Below, piece by piece: positions 33,618 to 43,320 of a stretch of DNA of 64,000 nt. The stretch is from the NCBI GenBank assembly GCA_000165345.1, contig CM000431.1:256001-320000 (forward strand), read 5' to 3'. The notes under the pieces were generated by a model, which saw only the letters and a program-made list of their open reading frames with translations, was not told where the DNA came from and did no database searches. Positions within the stretch are counted from its first letter, which is position 1; each line of letters opens with the position of its first letter. A program made the translations under genes and the position numbers.

Positions 33618-34244
33618 TTATTCTTGTTTGGTTAAAGCTTGGTTTAAAACTGTATCTGCGTCACTATTAGATTCTAAATTGTTATTCATTGATTTGGCTT
33701 GAGTCAAAGTGAGTTCTATCCAATAATCAACTAGACTTTCTTTGATTTGATTAATCTCAGTAATCATATTTGAGATTTCTTTAGAAGAAGATTCTCTGGA
33801 CTCATTCATTTCTATACTAACCATTAATATTTTTTGATATATATTTTGTATGCTTTCAATAGAATGATTTTTTCCAATTTGTAATAACTCTTCCTTAGTT
33901 TTTTGTTGAGTATTATTAGTTTCTTCTATATTATCATTTTTTGGGGAATAATGATTTTTTTCTGTGACAATCTCCTTTTTTTTTAATACATCAACACATT
34001 TTTTCTTTGAAATACTTGACCCAAGTTGAAAAATGATAGTATTTTCATTATTAACATTTTGAGGAAGAGTATCTCTTGGCTTTTTTTTTTTACATTTTGG
34101 ATGACTTTCTTTATATTCAGGCTTCTCACATTCTTCAGAGTGTTTTTCTAAAGAAATATTCAAATTTAAACTGGTTAATCTTGGGAATTGTGGCAATTTT
34201 TTTAATTTAAATAAGCTCAAATCATTTTCATTATTTTCATGCAT
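33618..34244 (-). CDS. Hypothetical Lys/Glu/Asn-rich protein, 208 aa
   Basis: ATG ORF (ATG at 34244..34242). No family was recognised. Confidence 0.45.
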   Translation of the reverse strand: MHENNENDLSLFKLKKLPQFPRLTSLNLNISLEKHSEECEKPEYKESHPKCKKKKPRDTLPQNVNNENTIIFQLGSSISKKKCVDVLKKKEIVTEKNHYSPKNDNIEETNNTQQKTKEELLQIGKNHSIESIQNIYQKILMVSIEMNESRESSSKEISNMITEINQIKESLVDYWIELTLTQAKSMNNNLESNSDADTVLNQALTKQE

Positions 34245-34982
34245 CCTTGATTAACCAACATGAAGGAAATGATTTGAGTGTAAAAATTATTAAATTAATA
34301 TATTTAAAATTTTTATTTAATTATATTAAATCAATTATTGAAATTTAATGAAATAATAATTTTTTTTTGCATCTGCTCACATTTTTTTTTTGCATGCAAA
34401 TGCAATAGAATTGGCCACGTAATTGCATGGTTTTTAATACCGGTGCAAATTTATTGCCTGAGTTCTTTATTGCCACTAAGGTATGCTAAAAAAATAAATA
34501 TTTATCCACATGCAAATAAAAGAAAAAATTAGGTAAATTAATAATTGAAAATAATATTAAGGATTTTAATTTATTTTTTATTTTCAATTTAAAAATGTGG
34601 TATTATCGATTCAAAAACAAGTAAATTCAGAAAAACTGGTTTCATGAATAAGCTGAATTAGGGAGAGTTTGTTTTGAAAATTTAAGAATTCTACAAATCA
34701 CTGGTTGATTAGAAGCTCTTACCCACAATTCTATTTTATAAAACATCAAAATTGAAAAAAATAAGGCATAAAAACAAAAAAAAAAATGAATACAAATCAT
34801 GTAAATAATTAGTCGCGCCTAAAGGAAATATTTATTCACAAGATAATAAACGTACACCCCACTAAGAGTAATTAATATTAGCTAACTTTCAAGTTAAAAA
34901 ACAAGTTGAATAGGAGTAAAATATCTTAATAGTTCTGCAGTTTGAGATTACATGATTAATTATATATTTTTATTACATTAAA

Positions 34983-37103
34983 ATGGAGAATATTCCATTA
35001 CTTAAATCAGTTGAAAACAAGGATCCATCATTAAATTGGAATATTGATGTTTCAGCTGAGCTTGAAAAGTATTTATCAGCAATAGAGCTACTAGATGAGG
35101 ATATGAATTATAGTCAAAGTACAGAAGCTAATGGTTATGGATATAATAATGAAAATATTACTAGCAATAATGGGAGTTATATGCAAATGTTTAATTTTGT
35201 TGAAGCTGCTTTAATTATTCAAAACTCAACAAGCCTATATTCAAAGAAAATAGAGCATCTACATTCATTGGTATTTGACGCATTTCATTTATTATCTACA
35301 GGAAAATCTCAATTAAATGATGGAAAAATTGGACATGACGAACATACAAATTCTTCAAATCAGCTTGCAAATAAGAATAACATAGCAGAAAAAAATACAG
35401 CATTCTTAATGTCTAATATGGTTTCAGTACCTATCAATTTACTTCAGCCAGGGAGAAATATAAATTTGCAATTTGAACAGTTTGGAAATAACAGTTTGAA
35501 TGACGATATTTCAGCAAAGTATTCTTCTTACTCTTCTTATATAGGAGTTTCCAGTTTGGGAAACAGCATTTCTTTGCCTCAATATAGAATAGATACATCT
35601 TCAAATACCCTTTTTTTGGATGAAGCTGATTTGGGCTACTTTACTTCAAATGATTCAGTTGTAGAGCATGAATATTTGGGTGATATGTTTGCAGAAAATG
35701 GCATGGACTATGACAGTTTCCAGAAAGAAGATCAAGACCATGAACTACGGCAAAATGATGAAGTTTACGATGATGATATGGTAGTGAATGAAGATAATGG
35801 ACCTCTTGGGGCCGAGCTTGATGAGATTGAAATAGAAAGCCAGGATTACATTGAAAATTTTGACAATAAAGAAAACGAGTTATTAGATAATATGGATGAA
35901 AAGGGAAAGAAGGATGTTAAGAGCTCTGCTGGAGGACGTAGGAATAAAAACAAGGAAGACTATTGGGTGTTTATGGATGAACATATGAAACTTGGTAAAG
36001 ATAAACCATTGAAGCCTGGCAGAACTTATAAGATCCCATCTAGAAACTATACAATCTCTTTAGAAAACTTATCTCAAAAGGAAGATATATTGGATTTTAT
36101 TGATATTTATAGTTTAAGTTCCTATTTTATGGGTTTAACTAAAATTGAGGGGGAAAAATATAAGCTTGGTAGTCAAAAATTACCATTTTTCTCAGATTTG
36201 AAACCTCCAAAGCTAAGTGTTGAAAGACTTTTGACATTTGATGACCCTGATTATGACTATTTGAGATTATTAGAACCAGAACTTAACAAAAGTGCCTCCA
36301 GTTGGAAAAAATATCATTCCAAGGTATTCTTTGAAAGTATGGATAAGAAAAGGAGAGAATTATTAAATTCTGGTTCAGGCAATGATAATGACCAGGAAAC
36401 TTCAGAATTTAATGATCTTGGGATGGGCGAAATTTCTGAATACTATCTTGAACAAACTCAAGATGTTCTTTCGGATCCTGAATTGCCTTTGGATCCTATA
36501 GAAGATCATATCCAAGACGATGAAAACTTGATTGAAGGAACACAAAATCAAGAGGAGCAGATAATTAGTGACTCAAATTTGGTAGATATTATAGATTTTG
36601 AACAGAACTTGTCGGAGTTACACACCAGAATTAATACATGGACTGGCTATGTAGAGCCATTATTACAAGCTCAAAACTCTAGACCTGAATTCAACATTCA
36701 TGAAGAAGGGAAAATGATTATTGAAAGGATGAAAAAGTTCAACATTATGGAACAGCCCATAAGGTTTGAAGAAGTGACTAATGGGTTTTCTAAGTGGCAA
36801 GTATGCAGATCATTTCTGGCAACTTTAATGCTTTCAAATAATAGAGAAATAGATATTCTTCAGGAAAACCAAAACGCTATTGAAGAGGAAGCCGACTTCT
36901 TCTCCATAAAGTTGTTAGATGAGGATGAACAGAATCAAGCATTGAATACAAATATTAACAATACTGAGAAAGTTAGTGTAGTAAATCTTGATTTTCCAAA
37001 AAAGAAAAAGACAAAGAAAGACTTTGAAGAAGAAAGCAACGAATTGGAGAACAAATTAGATAAAGGTCAAAGAACATCTAGAAAAAGAGGGAACAAAACC
37101 TAA
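34983..37103 (+). CDS. NCAPH2: Condensin II kleisin subunit CAP-H2 (NCAPH2-like), 706 aa
   Basis: The N-terminal block DPSLNWNIDVSAELEKYLSAIE...MFNFVEAALIIQNSTSLYSKKIEHLHSLVFDAFHLLSTGK aligns with the conserved CAP-H2 N-terminus ([21 protein letters not shown]...[38 protein letters not shown], recalled from human NCAPH2). The C-terminal winged-helix segment VCRSFLATLMLSNNREIDILQ matches VCRSMLASLQLANDYTVEITQ. Confidence 0.8.
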   Translation: MENIPLLKSVENKDPSLNWNIDVSAELEKYLSAIELLDEDMNYSQSTEANGYGYNNENITSNNGSYMQMFNFVEAALIIQNSTSLYSKKIEHLHSLVFDAFHLLSTGKSQLNDGKIGHDEHTNSSNQLANKNNIAEKNTAFLMSNMVSVPINLLQPGRNINLQFEQFGNNSLNDDISAKYSSYSSYIGVSSLGNSISLPQYRIDTSSNTLFLDEADLGYFTSNDSVVEHEYLGDMFAENGMDYDSFQKEDQDHELRQNDEVYDDDMVVNEDNGPLGAELDEIEIESQDYIENFDNKENELLDNMDEKGKKDVKSSAGGRRNKNKEDYWVFMDEHMKLGKDKPLKPGRTYKIPSRNYTISLENLSQKEDILDFIDIYSLSSYFMGLTKIEGEKYKLGSQKLPFFSDLKPPKLSVERLLTFDDPDYDYLRLLEPELNKSASSWKKYHSKVFFESMDKKRRELLNSGSGNDNDQETSEFNDLGMGEISEYYLEQTQDVLSDPELPLDPIEDHIQDDENLIEGTQNQEEQIISDSNLVDIIDFEQNLSELHTRINTWTGYVEPLLQAQNSRPEFNIHEEGKMIIERMKKFNIMEQPIRFEEVTNGFSKWQVCRSFLATLMLSNNREIDILQENQNAIEEEADFFSIKLLDEDEQNQALNTNINNTEKVSVVNLDFPKKKKTKKDFEEESNELENKLDKGQRTSRKRGNKT

Positions 37104-37123
37104 ACAAAAATTATTCATATAAA

Positions 37124-37684
37124 TTATTTTAGACTTGAACTTGAATAGTATTGTTGATTTGAGCTGTAATAGTTCCCAAATTGTGAAAATTGAGGATGGT
37201 GACAGTGATTGTAATTATTTGGATTTGGATAATTCAAAGTACTAACAAATTTGCCTTGAAGTTTATTAAGGCGTTTAATTTCTTCTTCAGGACTTTCAAG
37301 CGGATCATAAAAGTACTCATTGGATTCTAATTCAGCCAGTTTATCCTCGCTATGCTTTAAATTTCCACCAAAGTTTGCAATCATGAAAATCCCTATTCCA
37401 AAAATAAACGCAGCTAAACAAACACCGAAAAGTATTATCCATAATGTTGAGTCTTGCGATTTCAATATTAAAGGAGTACCATATAGACCATTCGATTCAA
37501 GATAACCAGTTGATGGATATTTACCTGTATTTCTAAAGAAATCAATTTTATAATCAGCATTATCTTCCAATTGTGATCTTTTTCCACATAATACTAAAGT
37601 ACATACATTATCAATAAAAAATATCAAGAATTGAAACAGCAATTTCGCATATTTACAATGAATTACTGATGGGTTCCAACTCAT
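37124..37684 (-). CDS. Hypothetical single-pass membrane protein, 186 aa (signal-like N-terminus, one internal TM, Tyr/Ser/Asn-rich tail)
   Basis: The hydrophobic N-terminus LLFQFLIFFIDNVCTLVLC and the TM helix LWIILFGVCLAAFIFGIGIFMIANF are present. It ends 20 bp from the CAP-H2 stop on the opposite strand. Confidence 0.45.
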   Translation of the reverse strand: MSWNPSVIHCKYAKLLFQFLIFFIDNVCTLVLCGKRSQLEDNADYKIDFFRNTGKYPSTGYLESNGLYGTPLILKSQDSTLWIILFGVCLAAFIFGIGIFMIANFGGNLKHSEDKLAELESNEYFYDPLESPEEEIKRLNKLQGKFVSTLNYPNPNNYNHCHHPQFSQFGNYYSSNQQYYSSSSLK

Positions 37685-37929
37685 TTATAACACTTTATTT
37701 TATACGGAAAATATTTTATTACTCCTTAATACTTTAAATATTATAATCAAGGCCATTCAAACAATTATTCTAATAGTTGTTCAGCTGAAGATGAATGTTT
37801 GGAAAGACGATCTACACGTTATTGATACATTTACTGAGCCATGTACCTTATAATTATTGTTTACATATATATGCACGCATATACAACAACTCTTATTAAT
37901 GGAATATACTTTCCCTTATTCCAATCAGT

Positions 37930-37962
37930 TTGTCATGCATGTTTTGGCGCCAACATGCAATT
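37930..37962. promoter_or_regulatory. TCATGCATG plus TTTTGGCGCCAACATGCAA (GGCGCC at 37946-37951) in the divergent spacer between gene starts 37684 (-) and 38291 (+)
   Basis: Seen directly. Confidence 0.4.
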
Positions 37963-38290
37963 CATAAATGTTTATTTAAATTGAAGATCTTAATATTGGC
38001 ATGAGACAAAATTTTTAAAAATTTTTCAAAGTTTTCTTTAACAATTAATAGGATAATATGAGGAACTGAAGAATAATTCCTTTTTCTCTTTTTTTTTTTG
38101 AGGATATAATAACTTTGGATTCTTTTCCTCAGTTAAATTTCACATTAATAGTTTAAATTGTGGGATTAAATTAATGATATAAAGCTTTAATTATATATGG
38201 AATTATAGAAAAAAGGATCTAAAAGAGTTTCCAAATTTTGAAATAAAATATATCGGCAGGTTACGAGAACTAATTGTAAAGCTATAAAAG

Positions 38291-38764
38291 ATGAGCTCAA
38301 CTTATTCAACGTTTGTGAGCTCAATTGGAGCAATTGAGACGGGAGTAATGGGAACCTTAGCAGGAGGACCTTCATATTTTATTCCATTTGCAATTTTTGG
38401 ATACTATAAGACGCGAGCAGATGTTAATGCAGCAACAAACAGAATGATGGAAATAGCAGATTCTTCAAGAAATCCAAGAAAGAATTTTACTAGGAGTATA
38501 AAAATGAGAAATACTCAAGAATTTTCAGGACAACAAAATAGCTATTTTTGGATATTGACAATAGTAGCAGTCGCATTAGGGGTTATTGCTATTAGTCTCC
38601 TTTCATGTTTGGTTGGAATAACTCCTGATGATGATTATAGAGAATCAAAAAAAAGAAGAAGAAAGTTAATGGAAAATCCTAAAATTACACCAGAGGAATT
38701 TGCAGTCACAATGGCTAATTACACTCCCAATGAATATAGATATAGAGAATGGAACCGAATATAA
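38291..38764 (+). CDS. Hypothetical membrane protein, 157 aa (two predicted TM segments, basic C-terminal region)
   Basis: ATG ORF. The hydrophobic stretches are GPSYFIPFAIFGYY and YFWILTIVAVALGVIAISLLSCLVGI. Confidence 0.45.
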   Translation: MSSTYSTFVSSIGAIETGVMGTLAGGPSYFIPFAIFGYYKTRADVNAATNRMMEIADSSRNPRKNFTRSIKMRNTQEFSGQQNSYFWILTIVAVALGVIAISLLSCLVGITPDDDYRESKKRRRKLMENPKITPEEFAVTMANYTPNEYRYREWNRI

Positions 38765-38998
38765 AGTACGAAAGAAAGACAAGAAAAATAGCGTAATGAA
38801 TAAATTAAATTTATATCTCTTTTTATCTTGGGCCAATTAAGAATATTATTTGATTCCTTTAAACATAATTAATTCAAAAGGTTAATAACGACTACTTGAA
38901 TGGGGATGAAGAAGTAAAATTCATTAACGCGAAGGCTCTTAAGAATAAATATTGTCATTGAGCCTTTGAAATAATATAAATATACAGTACAAATTTTC

Positions 38999-39928
38999 TC
39001 AAGGATTCATAAGTTTCTCTGGAAAAACTACACAAGGAGCAAGTTCAAACGCCCATATTCTGATAATAGGACCAATCAAAGTAGATGAAATTAAAGCAAT
39101 AGAAACTCCAAAAGCAGCCTTATACCATTTTGGCTTTAAATCTGACTTAAAATTGCATATAATTCCAAGACAAGTACCAGAAACGAATCCTCCAATATGA
39201 CCCCAGTGATCAATAGCTGATGATGGGTTTCCCCAAGTAATCAAAATCATAAGTATTCCAAAAAGGAGTATATTAATAACCACTTGTTCTTTGTTTTGTA
39301 AAGTATGCCAAAATAAGATTAGTTCTGCAAGTTGTGCTCCAATTAATCCAAAACCTGAGGTGGATGCACCAACTGCTACAACGCAGCTACTTCTAATGGC
39401 AACTGAAAAGAGATTTCCAAGAAGTCCTGAAATAAAGTAAATTGTGAAATTAAGAATTCTTCCATATTTTACTTCGCATGATAAAGAAAGTCTTATCTGA
39501 AATATTATATTAAAAACAATATGCCAAATTGATGCATGTAAAAAAAGACTAACAAGAAGTCTCCATACTTGACCCTCCTTAACTAATGAGGGAACACTGG
39601 CTTGGAATTTTATTAAAGTCGTCCTAAAAGGTTAAAAAAGGAAACCGAGTTACAATAATTCAAAATTTAATGATTGTTTGTTTTAAACTTACACAAATGG
39701 AGATAATGCATAAGACCCAACAATACAAGTAGCTATGTATACAATAAATTGAACAAGGCTTATCCAAATAATACTATGTTTCCAAGTGATTCCAGGGAAA
39801 AACAAATCAACAAATCTTAAGCTAGGCCCTGGATCATTGTTATTAAAGCTTCTACCACTTTGGCTTCTGCTATCTCTTTGGGGAGGTAAATCAGAAAGTC
39901 TGTGTATATTTGACATCTTAAGATTCAA
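38999..39928 (-). CDS. Rhomboid-family intramembrane serine protease, about 286 aa in two exons: join(38999..39623,39693..39928)
   Basis: Exon 1 (ATG at 39928) ends ...GSYALSPFV in phase 2, followed by the donor GTAAGT at 39692. The acceptor CCTTTTAG is at 39624. Exon 2 was checked triplet by triplet from 39284 to 39623 with no stop. It encodes the rhomboid signatures EGQVWRLLVSLFLHASIWHIVFN (TM2 WR..T..F.H motif), AVGASTSGFGLIGA (catalytic GxSxG serine) and AIDHWGHIGGFVSG (TM6 His). Track ORFs 39689..39928 and 38999..39283 are fragments of this gene. Confidence 0.8.
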
Positions 39929-40436
39929 TATTTATTTTCCTTTTTTTTTGTTGAATTGCTGTTGTAATTGTTTATTTTGAATTAATTATATATCCATTAA
40001 TAGATAATATTAGTTTTGAAGTTTAATATATTTTTGTATGATAAACTCTCCAAGTACCTGTTGCTATAAAAAAATGATTTTAAGTTCCAATTACTTTAAT
40101 TAGTTTGTAATTGTTGCATTTGAGAGCTTAAAAGAAGATTGGGTTGTCTCTTATAGTGTAACGTATTTATTTAAATTTAATATCTGTGTATATATAATTT
40201 GGCCACTAAAGGTAGCAATTAAAGTTACTTCCTAAGTAATAGTTACAGAATTATAAATCTGCAATAACTTTACACTACAAAGCCCTCAAAATACCTTAAT
40301 CTCCTATTTAAATTCAGGAGAATAAAAGGGATTCACCAGATTTATTTTTATACGCTTCTAATAAGTAGTAATCAAATTTTTTCTTTAAAATCCTTTTCTG
40401 TTTTTACAATGATTTGCCTTTAATATTATTATTTCT

Positions 40437-40470
40437 ACCGCCGTTGGCGCCAAAAGCCTGGCGCCTTACG
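40437..40470. promoter_or_regulatory. Two palindromic E2F-like sites 8 bp apart: TTGGCGCCAAAA (GGCGCC 40446-40451) and CTGGCGCCTTA (40460-40465), upstream of the rhomboid gene
   Basis: Seen directly: ccgccgttggcgccaaaagcctggcgccttacgg. A third E2F-like site, CCGCC, lies immediately 5'. Confidence 0.45.
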
Positions 40471-40652
40471 GCTGGGTATCGAGTTTTTGTAAAACAGTAA
40501 AAATGAAATCAGAAACAAAAAAAAAAGAAGAGGGGTTTATGTTGTGAGGATAATGTGGGACACAATATAAAGATTAAGAACATAATATTTGCTTTATTAG
40601 GGGAGATTAGGTTGTTCGCACGCTTGTGTTATGAATATATAATTTATGTAAA

Positions 40653-41582
40653 TCAGTTGCAAGTCTTTACAAATCTGAAAGTTAGGCTCGTTCTAAATCC
40701 TCTTTTAATGGTAGAGTTAGGGCTTAAATGAGGAAAATCTTTAATATTAATAACGTTATGGTTTTCTAGATCGTCTTGGTGCCTGAAATTCGAGATTTGA
40801 GTAGAATTATAAATATTAGAAATAGAACTGGTAAATAGGTAAAGCTTACCTGGATGAAATTCCATGTAGAAGTTGAGTATAGCATAGATCTTGAAAGACT
40901 AGTAGGCTGAGTTTGGGGACAATAAGTGAGAATAGAGGGAATTTGTTTTCTTGAGTATCAAGAGAGGGATTCCAAAAATCGAATAAAGTGTCAGATTCTA
41001 ATGAGATGATTGCGACTCTTGGGTAATAAAGAGGGCCATCCTTGTGAGGAAGAATCCCTTTGTATTGTTCATATTGATTGATTAGTACATGGTTTGGAGT
41101 TTCTTCTTTTGAAAATATATTGTAATCTACTAAAGATTGAGAAATAGATTCTAACCATTCAGGTAAATCTTTCTGATTAACAATTCCTGATTCAGAGACT
41201 GTTCCTCCCCATACTTGAGTTTGTCTTCCGTTCAATTTTACATTTAGAAATGAGGATCTTGAGATATTCTCTAGTAATGTCTTTTCCTGTTCTGGAGTAA
41301 TCCAATCTAAACATTCAAAATAATATAAATAAATGATAAGTTTATGAACTCTAAATAACAAAAAAATAGGATAAATGGGTAGATTTACTTACTTTGAATA
41401 CAGTATACACTGGGGAATTGGGATGGAATTGGCTTGATTTCCTTACATATATTTGGCCTAATGGTACCGAGTTTAATGTACTCTATAGGCTTAGAGTGAA
41501 CAATAGAAACACTTCTTTCGATATTCTGACCAAGTTCCTCCTTTCCACTATCCTTAATCTTTTTAATAAGATCCTTAATCAT
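40653..41582 (-). CDS. ALKBH6: AlkB-family 2OG/Fe(II) dioxygenase, ALKBH6-like, about 258 aa in three exons: join(40653..40782,40850..41306,41393..41582)
   Basis: Exon 2 holds the conserved NHVLINQYEQYKGILPHKDGPLYYPRVAIISL (HxD iron ligands) and LVFQDLCYTQLLHGISS. Exon 3 holds R-HQDDLENH...RGFRTSLTFRFV (the second His and the 2OG-binding Arg). Donor GTAAGC at 40849 and acceptor TTTCAG at 40783. Exon 1 (track ORF 41385..41582) ends ...PSVYCIQ plus 1 nt. Donor GTAAGT at 41392 and acceptor GTTTAG at 41307 give ...VYCIQ-N-WITPEQEKTLLENI, which aligns with the ALKBH6 N-terminus (VIYYVPDFISKEEEEYLL). Confidence 0.72.
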
Positions 41583-41682
41583 CCATTAGTCTAAGTAAAA
41601 GCAGAAATTTGAACAAAAACAAATATTGAAAGATTAGGAGAAAGGCGGGAAAATTTTGAAAGACTTAATTCTAGGAGAAAAT

Positions 41683-42210
41683 CTACAAAACCCTTTGGTG
41701 GGTAAGAGAAACTAAAAGTTTGCTATATATAAATGATGTATAAATTACAGAGAACGAAAAGAAGGCAGTCATTCCAAATAGAGTATTATACATCCATCTT
41801 GAAAATATAAAGTAATAGTACATTTTTGTACCAGCAAGGTATCTTGACATGAATACCTTGTAAGAAATCCAGCATCCCCATAGAATGGCTCCATATTGAA
41901 CTAGATTAATAATAAGTATTAAAATTAATCGGTTGGACCATTCTGAATCACTACAGTATCTGAGAGATCCAAGCTTTGAAAAGAAGATCGAATTTACACT
42001 TCCAATGAGAAATACAATGAAAAAGTATGTTGAGATTTCAGATCCAAAGTTTGCATTTGTAAATTTACTATACAAAATTGAAGATATACTCCAAATAGCA
42101 ATGAAAATATTTAAAAACATGAGGCTGTAGCATTGCCTCACAATTTGGTTCTTTAATAATGGAGCTGGACCTCCTCCCAAAGGAGTTAATTTTAAGACGT
42201 TCAAAAACAT
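41683..42210 (-). CDS. Small polytopic membrane protein, 175 aa, about four TM helices
   Basis: ATG ORF (ATG at 42210..42208) with four long hydrophobic segments. No family was recognised. Confidence 0.5.
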   Translation of the reverse strand: MFLNVLKLTPLGGGPAPLLKNQIVRQCYSLMFLNIFIAIWSISSILYSKFTNANFGSEISTYFFIVFLIGSVNSIFFSKLGSLRYCSDSEWSNRLILILIINLVQYGAILWGCWISYKVFMSRYLAGTKMYYYFIFSRWMYNTLFGMTAFFSFSVIYTSFIYSKLLVSLTHQRVL

Positions 42211-42334
42211 GGAGTTAAGTGAGTTCTCTGGCTATTCTTCAAGTATTTTTGTACAACAGATATTCATTATTTATTATTAAATCAATTTGTTTTTACCTTT
42301 ATTTCCTATTTATTATTAAAATTAAAAATACTAG

Positions 42335-42372
42335 TGGCATTTTGGCGCCATACTTTGTTTCTATACCGGCGT
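42335..42372. promoter_or_regulatory. TTTTGGCGCCATAC (GGCGCC 42344-42349) plus ACCGGC (42365-42370) in the 200-bp divergent spacer between gene starts 42210 (-) and 42411 (+)
   Basis: Seen directly. Confidence 0.4.
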
Positions 42373-42410
42373 TAAATTGAGAGTGTAGAAATTAATATAT
42401 AAAGTCGATA

Positions 42411-43166
42411 ATGAATGATGAAGTAGAGAAACTTAGGAGACAGGCGGAAATAAGAAAGAGAAGATTGCTTGAGAGGAGCAGTGATAGACTAAAACTCATT
42501 TATCCAAATTATGAAGAGTCTGAGAATAATGAGAGCTTGGAGTCAATAGCAGACGTTAGATATGGGGAATCATCAAAATCAAAGCCAATAAGTGAATACG
42601 AAAGTAGTATTAATGAGACAAATTCAAGAAAAATAAGCAAAAATGATACATTTTCAGATTTTTCTCAAGAAGAAATTGGTAATCAGAGAGAGAAACAAGA
42701 TTCAAGATCAGGTTTTAAACTAGTTTCTTATATTGAATACTGGAACCAAAGAGAATTTGAGAAATTTAGGAAGGTTGGTTCATGTATATTGGGAATATTT
42801 TTATTTATGATTCACAATTTTGTCCCAGATTCTTGCTTATATCAGTTTTTCTCAGCAAAAATCAGGATCAATTCAATATCTGGAATTGTTTCTTTCATTG
42901 TATATCAGTTTTTGGTTTCCCAAGTTTACCTTTACAGTTATTTCAGTATTTTTCTTAACTACTCAGGTTCAAATGATAATGAGAATAAAAAGTGGTATAA
43001 ATCAATTTTTGGCTGTAATAACACTCAAAAAGTTGACTATTTAGTCATTATGAATAATATTATCCAATTTGCCATTGCAACAAGAAACTTTATTTCAGAG
43101 TGGTTTCTTCTTGTCACATTTTACTCTTTTTTTAGTTTTATTCATATCTGTTTCCTTGTTAACTAA
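42411..43166 (+). CDS. Hypothetical membrane protein, 251 aa (charged N-terminal region, hydrophobic C-terminal half)
   Basis: ATG ORF. The C-terminal 130 residues hold about four hydrophobic helices. Confidence 0.5.
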   Translation: MNDEVEKLRRQAEIRKRRLLERSSDRLKLIYPNYEESENNESLESIADVRYGESSKSKPISEYESSINETNSRKISKNDTFSDFSQEEIGNQREKQDSRSGFKLVSYIEYWNQREFEKFRKVGSCILGIFLFMIHNFVPDSCLYQFFSAKIRINSISGIVSFIVYQFLVSQVYLYSYFSIFLNYSGSNDNENKKWYKSIFGCNNTQKVDYLVIMNNIIQFAIATRNFISEWFLLVTFYSFFSFIHICFLVN

Positions 43167-43320
43167 TTACTTTATTAATTTTCAGTACCGCTTTGCATGC
43201 ATGCAGTTTTGTATTAAAAATTGCATGCACAAGGATGCGCATCAATTAGATAATAGAGAAAAATAAGATGATAATTTAATATAGAAATTTAATACTTAAA
43301 GAAAAAAATTGTTTTTAGAT

